Source: Octopus sinensis
Taxonomy: Eukaryota
Length of the DNA stretch: 64,000 nt
Direction: 5' to 3'
Assembly: GCF_006345805.1 (NCBI RefSeq)
Contig: NC_043015.1
Coordinates: 44,268,001-44,332,000 of the forward strand
In this document: piece by piece, positions 25,348 through 39,640 of the stretch
Layout of the letters: the number at the start of each line of letters is the position of its first letter
Position numbering within the stretch: position 1 is the stretch's first letter
The notes under the pieces: model-generated
What the model saw: only the letters and a program-made list of their open reading frames with translations
Database searches by the model: none
What the model was told of the DNA's origin: nothing
Translations under genes and position numbers: made by a program

Positions 25348-25964
25348 TATACACACACACACACACACACACACTCTCATATATATATATATACATATAT
25401 ATAAAAGAGTACAACAAATGGGAGATAACGCAGTTTATATATATATATATATATGTATATACATGCATATAAATACACATACACAAATCTACCTAGATGC
25501 ACACGCAATATGTGTGTGTGTATGTGTGTGGGTGTGTGGTTGCAATCGAAGATATTGCCTTCGTGCATTATTCGTGCATCATATCTTCTAATAAGCTTGT
25601 CGCAATCCCTTTGCAATAGTAAAGTAACCAAAACGAACCAACTCTGTAAACCTCCACGCTTTTCTTTTTTTTTTTTTTTTCGCTGATTTTAATTCCACAT
25701 CCTAATGATATACGTTGCTGTCATGCTGTCATTCTATAGCAATAATGAATGATGTTGATATTCTGCTTGTGCTGAATATTCTGCTGGAATTTAAAGCTTT
25801 GATTGTTAGCTGGTGTCCATTGTAGTCAGAAGATGTTTTATTATTTTTTTTTAGTAACTAATGCATTGCAATTGTATGTTTGGTTTAGTATTTTGCTGAG
25901 ACCTAAGTATTGCTTTCAACATGAATTGATTTGTTGTGTGTAGAAAATATTCATATAATGCTTT

Positions 25965-26018
25965 ACATATATATATATATATACACACACACATATATAT
26001 ATATATTTACATATATGT

Positions 26019-26049
<31 letters not shown>

Positions 26050-26143
26050 CACATATATACATATATATATATATGTATATATATATACACACACATATGT
26101 ATTTATATATATGTGTATATATATATACACACACATATGTATT

Positions 26144-26179
<36 letters not shown>

Positions 26180-26182
26180 CAT

Positions 26183-26230
<48 letters not shown>
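25965..26230. repeat. Compound (TA)n/(CA)n microsatellite
   Basis: Direct reading. Confidence 0.95.
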
Positions 26231-26232
<2 letters not shown>

Positions 26233-26960
26233 TGTCTTCTTGTACAATGTTTCTCCTATCACTTTTATTTTTCTGTTGTGTGACAGTTCATTTTGCGATT
26301 GCACTTTGTCGGGTTTAGTGAAATATGCTGGAATGTATAGCATTTGTAGATATAGATATTCGGATAGTAATAAAGCGTATCTCATGTTCCTTTACACAAC
26401 AAGCGTTAATACACATCTACACATGCACTGGTTCGCAATGCCTTGAATAAATGAATATTTATGAAAAATATAAAGTAACCCTTTCAAAAGAAAACAAAAG
26501 TATTCTGTAGCTGTTTATATACTAGAACTAATAATTTATTACCGAAAAGAAAATACTAATATTAAACACCTCTTTAACCTGCACAGATCATAAACCTAAA
26601 AAGCCGCATAAAAATAACCAACGAGCAACGCTTGCTACATATTTAGTCGTAAACTTAAAACTGTAAAGATCCCGATTACGAAATTTATAAAGGCCATATA
26701 TGTACTATTTATTATGCACCTACCAAAAGTTGCAATATTTAAGAAATACATAAGTCACTAAGAAATATATTGCATTTGTAATACGAAGGAGAACACATAG
26801 AAAATCAGGGTATGAGTAAATATGAGTGATCTTATGTGAATGTTTCCTAGTCAAGTCGAATGGCCTTTCTTTGGGATGCGATGTAAATGTTTCGGTATGT
26901 AGTAGCGTAGTAGCTAGTTTGCTTGTTGCAAAATTAGTGACTGAGGGTCGTTTATCAATA

Positions 26961-27283
26961 TCTATAAAGCTGAAATGCGAAAAAGTTGTTTGTCTCATTT
27001 TGGGATGGGAACGGTTTAAGGAGCGGTAGATGGGGTCGAATCGGCGCCAAAATTTACAGGGACATGTAAAAAGAAGCGAGGAAGCGATTGGACTAGGTTA
27101 GAAACCGATATCTCAAAAGCTGTGGTTACTAGGGCAACAAAACCCAGACTTTGGCAAGTGTTTGTTAACAAGAAAGGAAAGAGAAACAAAGAGGGAGAAT
27201 GTGGCGATAAGAAACAGAAAGGAAGCAACAGAAAGTAACAACCACACCCACACCTGCGCGTAGAGCGGGTCACCTTAAGCTAG
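26961..27283 (+). mobile_element. Non-autonomous Helitron (323 bp)
   Basis: A|TCTATAAAGC at 26960/26961; subterminal hairpin cctgcgcgtagagcggg; ends aagCTAG|T at 27280-27284. Confidence 0.75.
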
Positions 27284-27339
27284 TTTTCCTAGATATTGTG
27301 ATCTGGAGTAAATCATTGCTTTTTCTAGTAGTCGGGTGT

Positions 27340-27388
27340 TCACGATTGAAGATGGGCACAGGTAGACCGAAACCGTTCGGTTTCATGA
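27340..27388 (+). ncRNA. Type I hammerhead-like motif of Penelope-element type (C3 changed to U)
   Basis: Stem I tcacga/tcatga; core tTGAAGA+t; stem II gg...cc; GAAA; stem III cc-gttc-gg; GUU triplet. Confidence 0.45.
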
Positions 27389-27572
27389 TCCCATCGTTTG
27401 CTAGAGGGTGGTAGGGTTTCGCTTCCCTGCTTGCAATATATACAGGATGCGGATTGCATCAGTAAACAGCCAGTGGAGGATCTACCTCGGGTTAAAATAA
27501 TAGAAATGCAGAACAGCCATTTTGAAGTGGCGATAAATTTTACTTCTTAAGTGTGGTTACTACTTTCGTGTC

Positions 27573-27574
<2 letters not shown>

Positions 27575-27603
<29 letters not shown>

Positions 27604-28029
27604 CATACATACATACACACATACACACATACATAAATACATACATAGATACATACATACATACATACATGCATACATATATACATACATACATACATAC
27701 ACACATACACACATACATAAATACATACATTGATACATACATACATACATACACACATACACACATACATAAATACATACATAGACACATACATACATAC
27801 ATACATGCATACATACATATATACATACATACGTATATACATACTTACATACATGCATGCATACATACATACATATATACATACATACAAACATACATGC
27901 ATACATATATACATACATACATACATGCATAAATACATGAATATATACATACATACACACATACATACATACATATATACATACATGCATAGACATATAC
28001 ATAAATGCATGCATACAGACACACACACA

Positions 28030-28094
<65 letters not shown>

Positions 28095-28120
28095 ATATAT
28101 ATATATATATATACATATGC
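27575..28120. repeat. (CATA)n array with higher-order variant cassettes, then (CA)n(TA)n
   Basis: Cassette marker cataaatac at 27632, 27716 and 27768. Confidence 0.95.
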
Positions 28121-28449
28121 GTGTATATATAAATGCACACATAGACACTGGTTCAAAGACTGATTTGCTAATGTGTATATAGCCGATATGTATGTCTGTA
28201 TGCAAAGACGCTGATGCATAAATTTTGATAAATCAAATAAATTTATAAACTCTAGCAGTTTACACTTATTTGGAAAAATATTAATGCATATATTTATTCT
28301 GCACCACATATTTACCCATTCATCACACACGGCCACGCACATATACACGCGCACACGTGTACACACACATACACACAGACACGCATATATGTGCTCACAC
28401 ACGACCGCGCACAGGCACACACTCAGGAAGACACACACACGTCTGTATC

Positions 28450-28475
28450 GATCTATCCATCTATCTTTTTATCTA

Positions 28476-28545
<70 letters not shown>

Positions 28546-28596
28546 CTATCTATCTATCTATCTATCTATCTACCTATCTATCTATCTATTTATCTA

Positions 28597-28639
<43 letters not shown>

Positions 28640-28751
28640 TTATCGATATCTATCTATCTATCCCTCTATTTGTATCTATCTATATCTAGCTATGCATTTA
28701 TACGTAGTATTTATGTACATACGCCCGCTCAGATACACACACATATTTTTA

Positions 28752-28808
<57 letters not shown>

Positions 28809-28920
28809 GGATTCATATAAACATTATATAATATATATATATATGTATATATAATATATATATATATATATACATTCTCACACTCACATACTCATACAGA
28901 TATATATATATATACATACA
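28450..28920. repeat. (TATC)n and (TA)n microsatellites
   Basis: Direct reading. Confidence 0.95.
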
Positions 28921-29419
28921 TCCACCATACAAAATATGTTTGTGTTTATAATTTGATATTTAGATTTTTTTCAATGATCAAACACATTAGAATGATTTAA
29001 ATTAGATATTTTTTTTATCACACAGTTCCCTACAGTTCAATATTCAATTATTTGAGCAAACAGTGACAGTAAATAATATTACAGAGCGGAGAAATGAAGA
29101 ATTGGCATATATAATTGTTGATATACAACTAATGGAAATATTCATTGGGGAGGTCAAAGAATTAGGAACGGAACCGCGCCAATCTGGCGCTTGTTGTTTG
29201 CATCCATAGCGTTCCTTGGTGAATGGTGTTCGAGTCAGCAACAATAGAAGGAGCCATAATAAAAATATTAGTATTTTGGACTATTTTTTAATAAGAATTA
29301 CAAAAAAAAAAAAAATATTTATAATGTTCCGAAAAATACCAAAAAAAAAAAAAAAAAACAAAATATAGTGCTGACAAAAAATGTTATGCATGTTGATGTC
29401 GTTGAATTTTGGTAATGGT

Positions 29420-29564
29420 GTTTATGATGATGAGGTGACCATAATGATGGGGATGATGAGGCTGAGAATGATGATGATGAAGAAGAAGAAGAAGACGATG
29501 ATGATGATGATGATGATGATGACGTTGATGATGATGATGAGGTTGATGATGATGGTTCTGGCGG

Positions 29565-29600
<36 letters not shown>

Positions 29601-29644
29601 CGATGACGATGATGATGATGATGATGACGATGATGATAATGATA

Positions 29645-29676
<32 letters not shown>

Positions 29677-29759
29677 GATGAGGAAAAGGATGATGATAAT
29701 GATGATGATGATGATGATGATGATGGTGATGATGGTGATGATGTTGATGGTTCTGGCGG

Positions 29760-29792
<33 letters not shown>

Positions 29793-29821
29793 CGACGATG
29801 ATGACGATGATGACAATGATT

Positions 29822-29868
<47 letters not shown>

Positions 29869-29894
29869 GATGATGATGTTGATGATTCTGGCGG

Positions 29895-29930
<36 letters not shown>

Positions 29931-29956
29931 CGACGATGATGATGACGATGATGATA

Positions 29957-29992
<36 letters not shown>

Positions 29993-30160
29993 GTTCTGGC
30001 GGTGATGATCATTATTCTGGCGGTGATGATGATGATGATGATGATTATGATGGTTTTGGTGGTGATGATGATGATGATGATGGTTCTGGCGGTATTGATG
30101 ATGGTTCTGGCGGTGATGACGATGGTGATGATAATGATGATGATGATGAGAAGGAGGATT
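29420..30160. repeat. (GAT)n trinucleotide array punctuated by seven tctggcggt cassettes
   Basis: tctggcggt near 29557, 29752, 29887, 29995, 30016, 30085 and 30106; the array length is kept in multiples of 3. Confidence 0.95.
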
Positions 30161-30429
30161 GACAGAATCGTTAAAGAGGCGTACAAGCAGTTGCGCTGTA
30201 TTTGTCACGCCTCTTTACAACGTGAGTGCCATTCCTGCCCAGCTCAGCAGCTTTCCTTTTAATCCATCCGTGTTTGATACGATAAAAAAGAAAGAACATC
30301 CAACTCATTGAACCCAGTTAGTCGGTTCATACTTCTCCAGTTGTGTGGCCTCCTCCCGACGCTGGGGACGATTGCCTAAAGATTTGTGAAGACGGAGGGA
30401 TTAAGAAGAGGACAGCGAGGGTGTCGAGT

Positions 30430-30560
30430 AAACTGCGTTGCCGCTTCGTTGGGGTTCTGAGTTAGAATCCCACGGGGATCAACTTTGCCTTTCAAGCTCG
30501 ATATCGATAAACGAAGTACTACACAAATACGTTCGAGATCGATATAACCAAGTACCGCCA
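30430..30560 (+). mobile_element. Highly decayed SINE family A-like fragment
   Basis: gttctgagttagaatcccacggggatcaactttgcctttca...tcgataaacgaagtact. Confidence 0.55.
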
Positions 30561-30571
30561 CTAGAATGAAT

Positions 30572-30597
30572 TTCTTCTTCTTCTTCTTCTTCTTCTT

Positions 30598-30696
<99 letters not shown>

Positions 30697-30779
30697 ATTA
30701 TAAGCTGTTTGATTCGGCTTGTGTAACTTAAATCTTAGGAGATTTCTGTGTTTGTGTATATATATATGTATATATATAT

Positions 30780-30878
<99 letters not shown>

Positions 30879-30880
30879 GT
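30572..30880. repeat. (TTC)n-(TTA)n compound repeat and (TA)n
   Basis: (TTC)n 30572-30627, (TTA)n to ~30700, (TA)n ~30755-30866. Confidence 0.95.
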
Positions 30881-31369
30881 ATACATACACGTGTATTTAT
30901 CTGCATACCGTAACATATTTGTATGAGGATGCACGTTAGCATAAGTCAGTGTGTGTGTTTTTGTCTCATTTCAGCTAATTCCGAAATAATTGTTGTAAAA
31001 AAGAACCACAACTCTTCCGTCACGATGCAATCCTACAGTTGGACACGAAAGCATGAGTGGTATTTCATTTTTGTTTTTCTGTACAATGAAGATAAATAAA
31101 TTAGTTGATATATGTTATCACATAAATAAACGGTTATATAGTAATGACGGTAAGTATTTTAATTTCAACATAATGTGCGTGTCAATAAAGAAATTAGGAT
31201 CCTTAAATTTTGTTTTTCTACTAGATTCAGTCAATGCCGGAAATAGTACACAGGTAAAAGTTTAGAGACGCAAACACAGGTGTGCGTTTGAAATGTTTAC
31301 TTGAAAACTGTAGTTTTAAGTTCAGTCCAATTCCGAGACATTCATGCAAAAGCATTTCTCTATAAAACC

Positions 31370-31642
31370 CAGCCGATAAATGCCTTGGTAATAACTATGT
31401 TTGACAGAAGCCCAGAAGCAGTGTAAGTCCCAACGCCGTGAAGCGATAGTGGGGTGACAAACACAGACACACAAATACATGCATCCATGCATACATACAC
31501 GTGTAAACACACACACAGATATATATATATATATATATACATATGGCACAGGACTTCAGTTTCCGTCTACAAATCCACTCACAAGGTGGCACGCAATGGG
31601 ACTAGAACGGGATGAAAGCTTCTCCCCACACGACCACTGCTA
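31370..31642 (-). mobile_element. Decayed, internally deleted SINE family B-like copy
   Basis: gcgatagtggggtgacaaacacagacacac...ttcagtttccgtctacaaatccactcacaagg...gggactagaac...cacgaccactgc. Confidence 0.7.
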
Positions 31643-31644
31643 GA

Positions 31645-33630
<1,986 letters not shown>

Positions 33631-33989
33631 TGTGTGTGTGTGTATTTTTCTGTCTCTGTTTGTCCGTCCAAGGTCTTGGCAAAAATTGTTGCTTTTTTAA
33701 TATTCTTATGACGTAGCGGTTCAGCAACGTAACCGATAGATTATGTAAACAGTCTTTTAAACTCACGAAAGTACGAATATGTTCTTTTAAGCTCTTCTCC
33801 CTCTAGAGTGCGCTGCCTTGCATGTTCCCACCACTGCAATGAGTGAATTTGCAAAACAATATAAATTTTCCCACGCCCGTAACAACTGTTTACATCGCAA
33901 ATAGCAAACGATCTTTTATAAACGAGCGTTTTTTTGTAAGGTTTGTGTCTTTAAGGGTATCACGAAAGACCTGACTGGAGCACCAACCT

Positions 33990-34140
33990 CCGTGTACTTT
34001 ACAAAGGCTTAGAAAAACTGAAGGACCGCTGCAATAAATGCGTGAATCTGAGGGGAGAATATGTTGAATAAAATCATAATTAGCAGATTTTCTCTATTTT
34101 GTTTTACCCAAAGCCAGGACCTGTTCAGCACCACCTTGTA
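33990..34140 (+). mobile_element. Mariner (Tc1/mariner) 3' remnant: transposase C-terminus and terminal region
   Basis: 34006-34071 reads GLEKLKDRCNKCVNLRGEYVE*, matching the mariner C-terminal G..L..RW.KC....G.YVE signature; followed by ccaggacctgttcagcaccaccttgTA, a plausible decayed TIR end. Confidence 0.75.
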
Positions 34141-34179
34141 TGCTCTTGTCCACTGCTTGTCCTGCTCCTCCTCCTCTTC

Positions 34180-34209
34180 CTCATCATCATCATCATCATC
34201 ATCATCATT

Positions 34210-34248
<39 letters not shown>

Positions 34249-34258
34249 GTCGTCGTCG

Positions 34259-34300
<42 letters not shown>

Positions 34301-34320
34301 CCATCACCACCGTCACCACA
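34180..34320. repeat. (CAT)n trinucleotide repeat with a (CGT)n insert
   Basis: Direct reading. Confidence 0.95.
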
Positions 34321-37300
34321 ATAACCGCCACGGTTCTCGTAGTTGTAGTTATGGTCGTCGTGGTGGTCTTATGTTTAGGATTTCAAATTACAAAGTTGTG
34401 AAAACAGTAAGAAACCAATAGTTAGGAAGTGTAACAGACAAGAATGAATTTAATGTTCTCATTTAATTAGTTTCTCTATAGTTATTTTAAATTACGATCC
34501 ACCACCACCGTTGCCAACACCTCAAGCACCACTAGCTGCTTCCCTTATTATCCATAATTTCATGCACCTATATTGCATTCCTCACCACCCGGATACCTCT
34601 CGTCGGTTGCGTGATTTAGTTTCCATCGTTAAAACTTTAACACAAATACAATCAAAGACATGTATACAAGCACACACAAATACATACGCAGCGAACACAA
34701 ATGAATACAGTTAAACACACACATATATATATAGTCGCTCTTATACAAAGACGTATTCATATACACCATGGAACTGCTTATTTTGATACACACTATCAGG
34801 CTTTGCAGCTACTCTTACAATCAATATCAATGATATTTCAACACACATCGTGTGTGAAGATCTCGGCAGATCAACAGTTTCATTCGATAAGTGAAACTAC
34901 CAAACAAAACCATAAGAAAGAAAAAAACAGAAACGGTATTATATGAACATACAAACAAATGCAGGATAAAAGACAGCAACAATATTTCGAACAATCGCAA
35001 AAATATGAAGATAATGAAAACCAATTTCCTCGTTGATTTTCCTTCATTTTCTTTCAGTAACAACAACAACAACAACAACATTAACGAACCTACACAACGA
35101 CATCCTGTTTAGCTTGAAATTAAACCGAAAACAATCTTGCTGGGAATTAATTCACTGAAGAGTTTTTATTTTATTCTTTTAATGTAATTATTAAAACAAA
35201 GACTATTGCGAATAAATGAAACCAGAATACAAACAAAAGATAAGACCAACAATAAGAACAGTAATACCTTCATTATTTCTACTACCCGTTCCTCACTTCT
35301 ATCCACAGCAACAACAACGATTACAACAACGGCTAATACTTAAAGCGAAAACTAGAATCATTCTTCGACCAAAGTGATTAATTTATTAATAATTACCATT
35401 GTGTGTACGTTGTCGCAGGTGTGGGCTAATGATAAGCTCTTAATGAATTGATTCAGCGTCACGGTTACGATTTCCCGTTGGCGTAGTAATTCCTTTAAAT
35501 TTAAATTTCTAAGTCGTTTGAGAAAAAAAAAAAAAAGCATAGAAAAAGCAAACATGAAACACGAAGGTTTATGAACTGATTTTCTTTAAATTTCTAACCT
35601 TCTGCTTTTTCAGAAACCAAACACTGCTGCTCTTGTGTTCTTTCTGTTTTTTTATTTTCATATTTTAGCCCAATCCTGAGATCAAATGCCGTCTAGCTGA
35701 GAGTATTCGGTTTTAATTTTTCAGCCAACTGTTTATTTATTGCAGTAGTACTTGGCTTGCAAGCGATTTAATTTCGGTCTGTGTGTTGAAATTAACGTAA
35801 TTAAAGCGTGGAGCAGTCATTTTAGCGAAAACTGTTATATACACATATTTAGTATGTGTCCGTGTATTTTTGAATGGCTAAATCAATTTTTCCTCGCGGC
35901 ATTTGCTGCTAATTTTGTGTGGCAGTTGTTTTACAGCAAGATCAAATACATTCCTACCGATGCCATCCCATTCACTTCATATAGAATTATATTTTCTTAG
36001 AGTGCTTGTGTTTTCTAAGATAGTATGATGCAATTTGACGGAGGTCTGCTTGCCACTTCCCGCAGGTAGAGCAACTATTTAGGGGTCCTCTGGTGATTAA
36101 CTTCTAGTGTCTCATTATCTAAATGTAAGATTCCTTAGAATCACCTGGCTCTTTCTGACTGACCGTTATAGAAATTTGGCAACATTTTCGACACTGATGT
36201 TTGTATAAATTGCTATAGCAGCAATCCTCGCCTTCACTGAAATATTAACCGCAAGGAAAAGAATACTGTGTCAATACGTATGAGCTAGGAGTATATGTAA
36301 TGCTGTGGGAGGCAAATTCCAAACTCTGCAAAAATCTGGTACTAATTCTTCATAGTTAAAAACGTTGCTTATTTTTTTGCTCAACCTTGTACTTTCTATA
36401 AAGACATATCGGCGTTTTTTTTACATATAAATCATTTTATTTTTTACTAATAATTAAGAATATTTGCTTTTCAGTTTATTTCAATGGAGGATGAACTATA
36501 TAAATATAATTACAATACAATTAGTGACTGACACAGCGTTAGTAGGATTAATTATTTCAGTTCAGGTCTCAAAATACCCTATAAATTCAGAAAGCGACTT
36601 TTCCATATTATGATTTAACATCGTATAGATTTTGAGAAGCAAGTTCGATAGGTTTATAACTGTATCAGTAACATTGATATATTGTGTGTATATGTTTAAA
36701 TGATCATGCATGTATATGTGTAATCATGTACTTATATATGCATAAGTGTACACATGTACGAAAATACACAGCCGAACACAAACACATGCATTTGCGTGTG
36801 CATGGCATATTTGATTTTCCTACTGGTAAAAAGGAATCCGGTGCAACCACTTGCGTGATTGCGTGTTCCATGAGTAACCTGTCTTCCTTGCAATAGCTGC
36901 CGGTTGAAGAAATTTGCATGACATTCAGCGTGTCAAAAACAAATCGTAATAAGGGCGGAAGAATCCATCTGATGATACACGACCAGCTCACAACTGTGCG
37001 GAATCATATACATACGCATTATTATTAACGAATGTGGTACAAGGACACCTGAGATATGTAGATTATTATCATGTTTAGAGTTATCGCAGTAGGAAAAGAA
37101 TAGTATGGATATCTTTTAAGTTTGCTGTTATAGAGAGAACCCGTCTCTCTGAAAATAGTTGCAGTTCTGTATATATAACCAATATGATAATTAAATAACG
37201 CACACACACTCGCTACGATGTGCAAACGCACACCTTCAAAAGCACCGAAGTGTTTGTGTATATATGTAGTTATATATTCCAAACACACAAACATTGAAAA

Positions 37301-37553
37301 ATATGTTTCCATATATGTATGTAAGGACATCACTTGGGTACTGCTTGTGTGTGTCTATTGTACGGTCTCATAGTCAGTATAGGCTATGATCTAATTGAGG
37401 TAAGTGTTCTGAAATAATAGTATCATTTGGTTTTTCACATGCCAATTAAAGCCACTCCTGATTAGTCTATAAATACGAATGTTATTTTTGAAAATGCTAC
37501 TTACCAGACGATGTTGGTTGGATTCGTCATCTCACTGCTTTGATACCTGTTTA

Positions 37554-37643
37554 AAATTTTGCCTGAAGATGGTGGATTATTAGCTATGATACAATCTACG
37601 AATACATCGATAAAATACTACCGAAACAGCTGTCGCATGATTT
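37554..37643 (+). ncRNA. Minimal type I hammerhead ribozyme of Penelope-like-element type, canonical core
   Basis: Stem I aaattttgc/gcatgattt; CTGAAGA 37563-37569 plus one extra U; stem II GGTGG/CTACC with a 42-nt loop; GAAA 37623-37626; stem III C-AGCT-G with palindromic loop; GUC triplet 37632-37634. Confidence 0.6.
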
Positions 37644-37809
37644 ACAACCCTTGTGTGTACTTTCTATGTAAATATCGGCTTACGAAATCTTATGGACAGA
37701 AAAAAGTTGAAGCTGCCCGATATCTACCATTTCAAAACAAGAATTATTTCACGTATTCACGTATTTTCCTGGTTTATAAAATATTTCATGATGTGAACAT
37801 TATATACAT

Positions 37810-38036
37810 GGCGAGCTGGCAGAATCGTTAGCGCGCCAGGCGAAATGCGTAGCCGTATTTCGTCTGCCGTTACGTTCTGAGTACAAATTCCGCCGAGGTC
37901 GACTTTGCCTTTCATCCTTTCGGGGTCGATAAATAAAGTAACAGTTACGCACTGGGGGCGATATAATCGACTTAATCCCTTTGTCTGTCTTTGTTTGTCC
38001 TCTCTACGTTTAGCCCCTTGTGGGCAATAAAGAAAT
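37810..38036 (+). mobile_element. SINE family A monomer, followed by (TATG)n
   Basis: ggcgagctggcagaatcgttagcgcgccaggcgaaatgc...gtcgactttgcctttcatcctttcggggtcgat...gtgggcaataaagaaat. Confidence 0.92.
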
Positions 38037-38037
38037 A

Positions 38038-38073
<36 letters not shown>

Positions 38074-38829
38074 TGTATGTATGTATGTATGTATGTATGA
38101 ATGTGTGTGAGAATGTGTGTATGTGTATATGTTTGTATATATACATATTCATATACATATTCTTTACACACTTATGCGTATGCATATTTCCATATAAGTA
38201 CACACAGACACACACACGCTCGCACTTAGAAATCCAAATCGCTTTTACGTGTATATTTTACCGGAAGCAAAAATACAAAGAAGCAAAAAAGCAAAAAAGC
38301 AAAAAAAAGCAAAATATTTATCAATAGCGAATAAATCAAGATTTCGTGAATAGATTAAGCATAGGTTAAAATAGTCAGGATTACCTGTACGAATATTGTC
38401 CACGTTTTGCTATAAATATTCTCATTAATTATTCCTTCTGTTCTTTATATATTTTATGTATTTGTATCACAGTATTATATTATATACTATAACTTCATTT
38501 GGTCACATATTATTTTTTCTTATACTAAACTGAAGCAATGAAGCTTAGGTATACAAACGTACCATCAATATATTCAGAGACAAACATTTAGTCGTTTCAT
38601 TTATAGCTTTTCTAGTAGTTAAGTGGAATGCGTTGAACAATATAACCTATTTTTATTTTTACAATTGCATACTAACTATCATGTTGGCTCCGATGCATTG
38701 AACAAAGTGCGTTTGATGTAGATTATGGTCACGATTAATCGCTGTTTACTACCGAATGACAAAAGGTAACAGCAACAATATATGTTGAGTATTCGATTTG
38801 CTTTAAACATAATGTCACTGTAACAGTAA

Positions 38830-39473
38830 ATAATGCTGAATATATATATATATACTTGTACGTATGTATGTTTGTTTAGATATGTGGCAAGACATACATA
38901 TATACACGTACCCATATATGAGTGTATGTACACACACACATATATATGTATATATATTTATTTATATATATATAATATTTATATATATAATATATATATA
39001 AATATATATATATAATATATATATATTATATTAAGTATATACATATACATGTTCAATATATGACATATATATATATACATGTATATATAAATATATATAG
39101 ATATAAAAGTATACATACAAACATACATAACAGAAGAAACCACACATACACGCACACAGACACACACACACATCATATTATATATATATATATATATATA
39201 AATATATACACACATATTCATACACATATGTTCCTACACCGGTACAGAGAGATTCTAACGGACGTATGTATAGCGATTTATGTGTAATCATGACTTCAGA
39301 CATACAACATACAAAAATATAACCAATATGATAATTAACTAACTCACACTCACTCGCCATGAGTGCAAACGAACACTCTCAAAGATACCGAATGTTTATG
39401 TATAGAACTAGTTTTATTCAGCAACACTGCAGGGAACACATACCTACATATATAAAATGTGTGTATCTGTATG

Positions 39474-39506
<33 letters not shown>

Positions 39507-39509
39507 ATA

Positions 39510-39566
<57 letters not shown>

Positions 39567-39640
39567 GCACATATATATATAATACATATATATACACAAC
39601 AGACACAAACAAACACACATATATATGGCATAATATGGTC
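38830..39640. repeat. (TA)n/(CA)n-rich compound microsatellite tracts
   Basis: Direct reading. Confidence 0.85.

Noticed and set aside
29010-29215. Strong-looking acceptor (ttttttttatcacacagttccctacag) followed by ~57 open codons
   Set aside because: No homology recognised and no clear donor; cannot be supported as an exon without RNA data.
29381-30262. 293-aa Met-rich ORF (longest in the track) and its antisense His/Ile/Ser ORFs
   Set aside because: A frame artefact of the (GAT)n array; only the Asp frame has any biological precedent, and it is reported with caveats.
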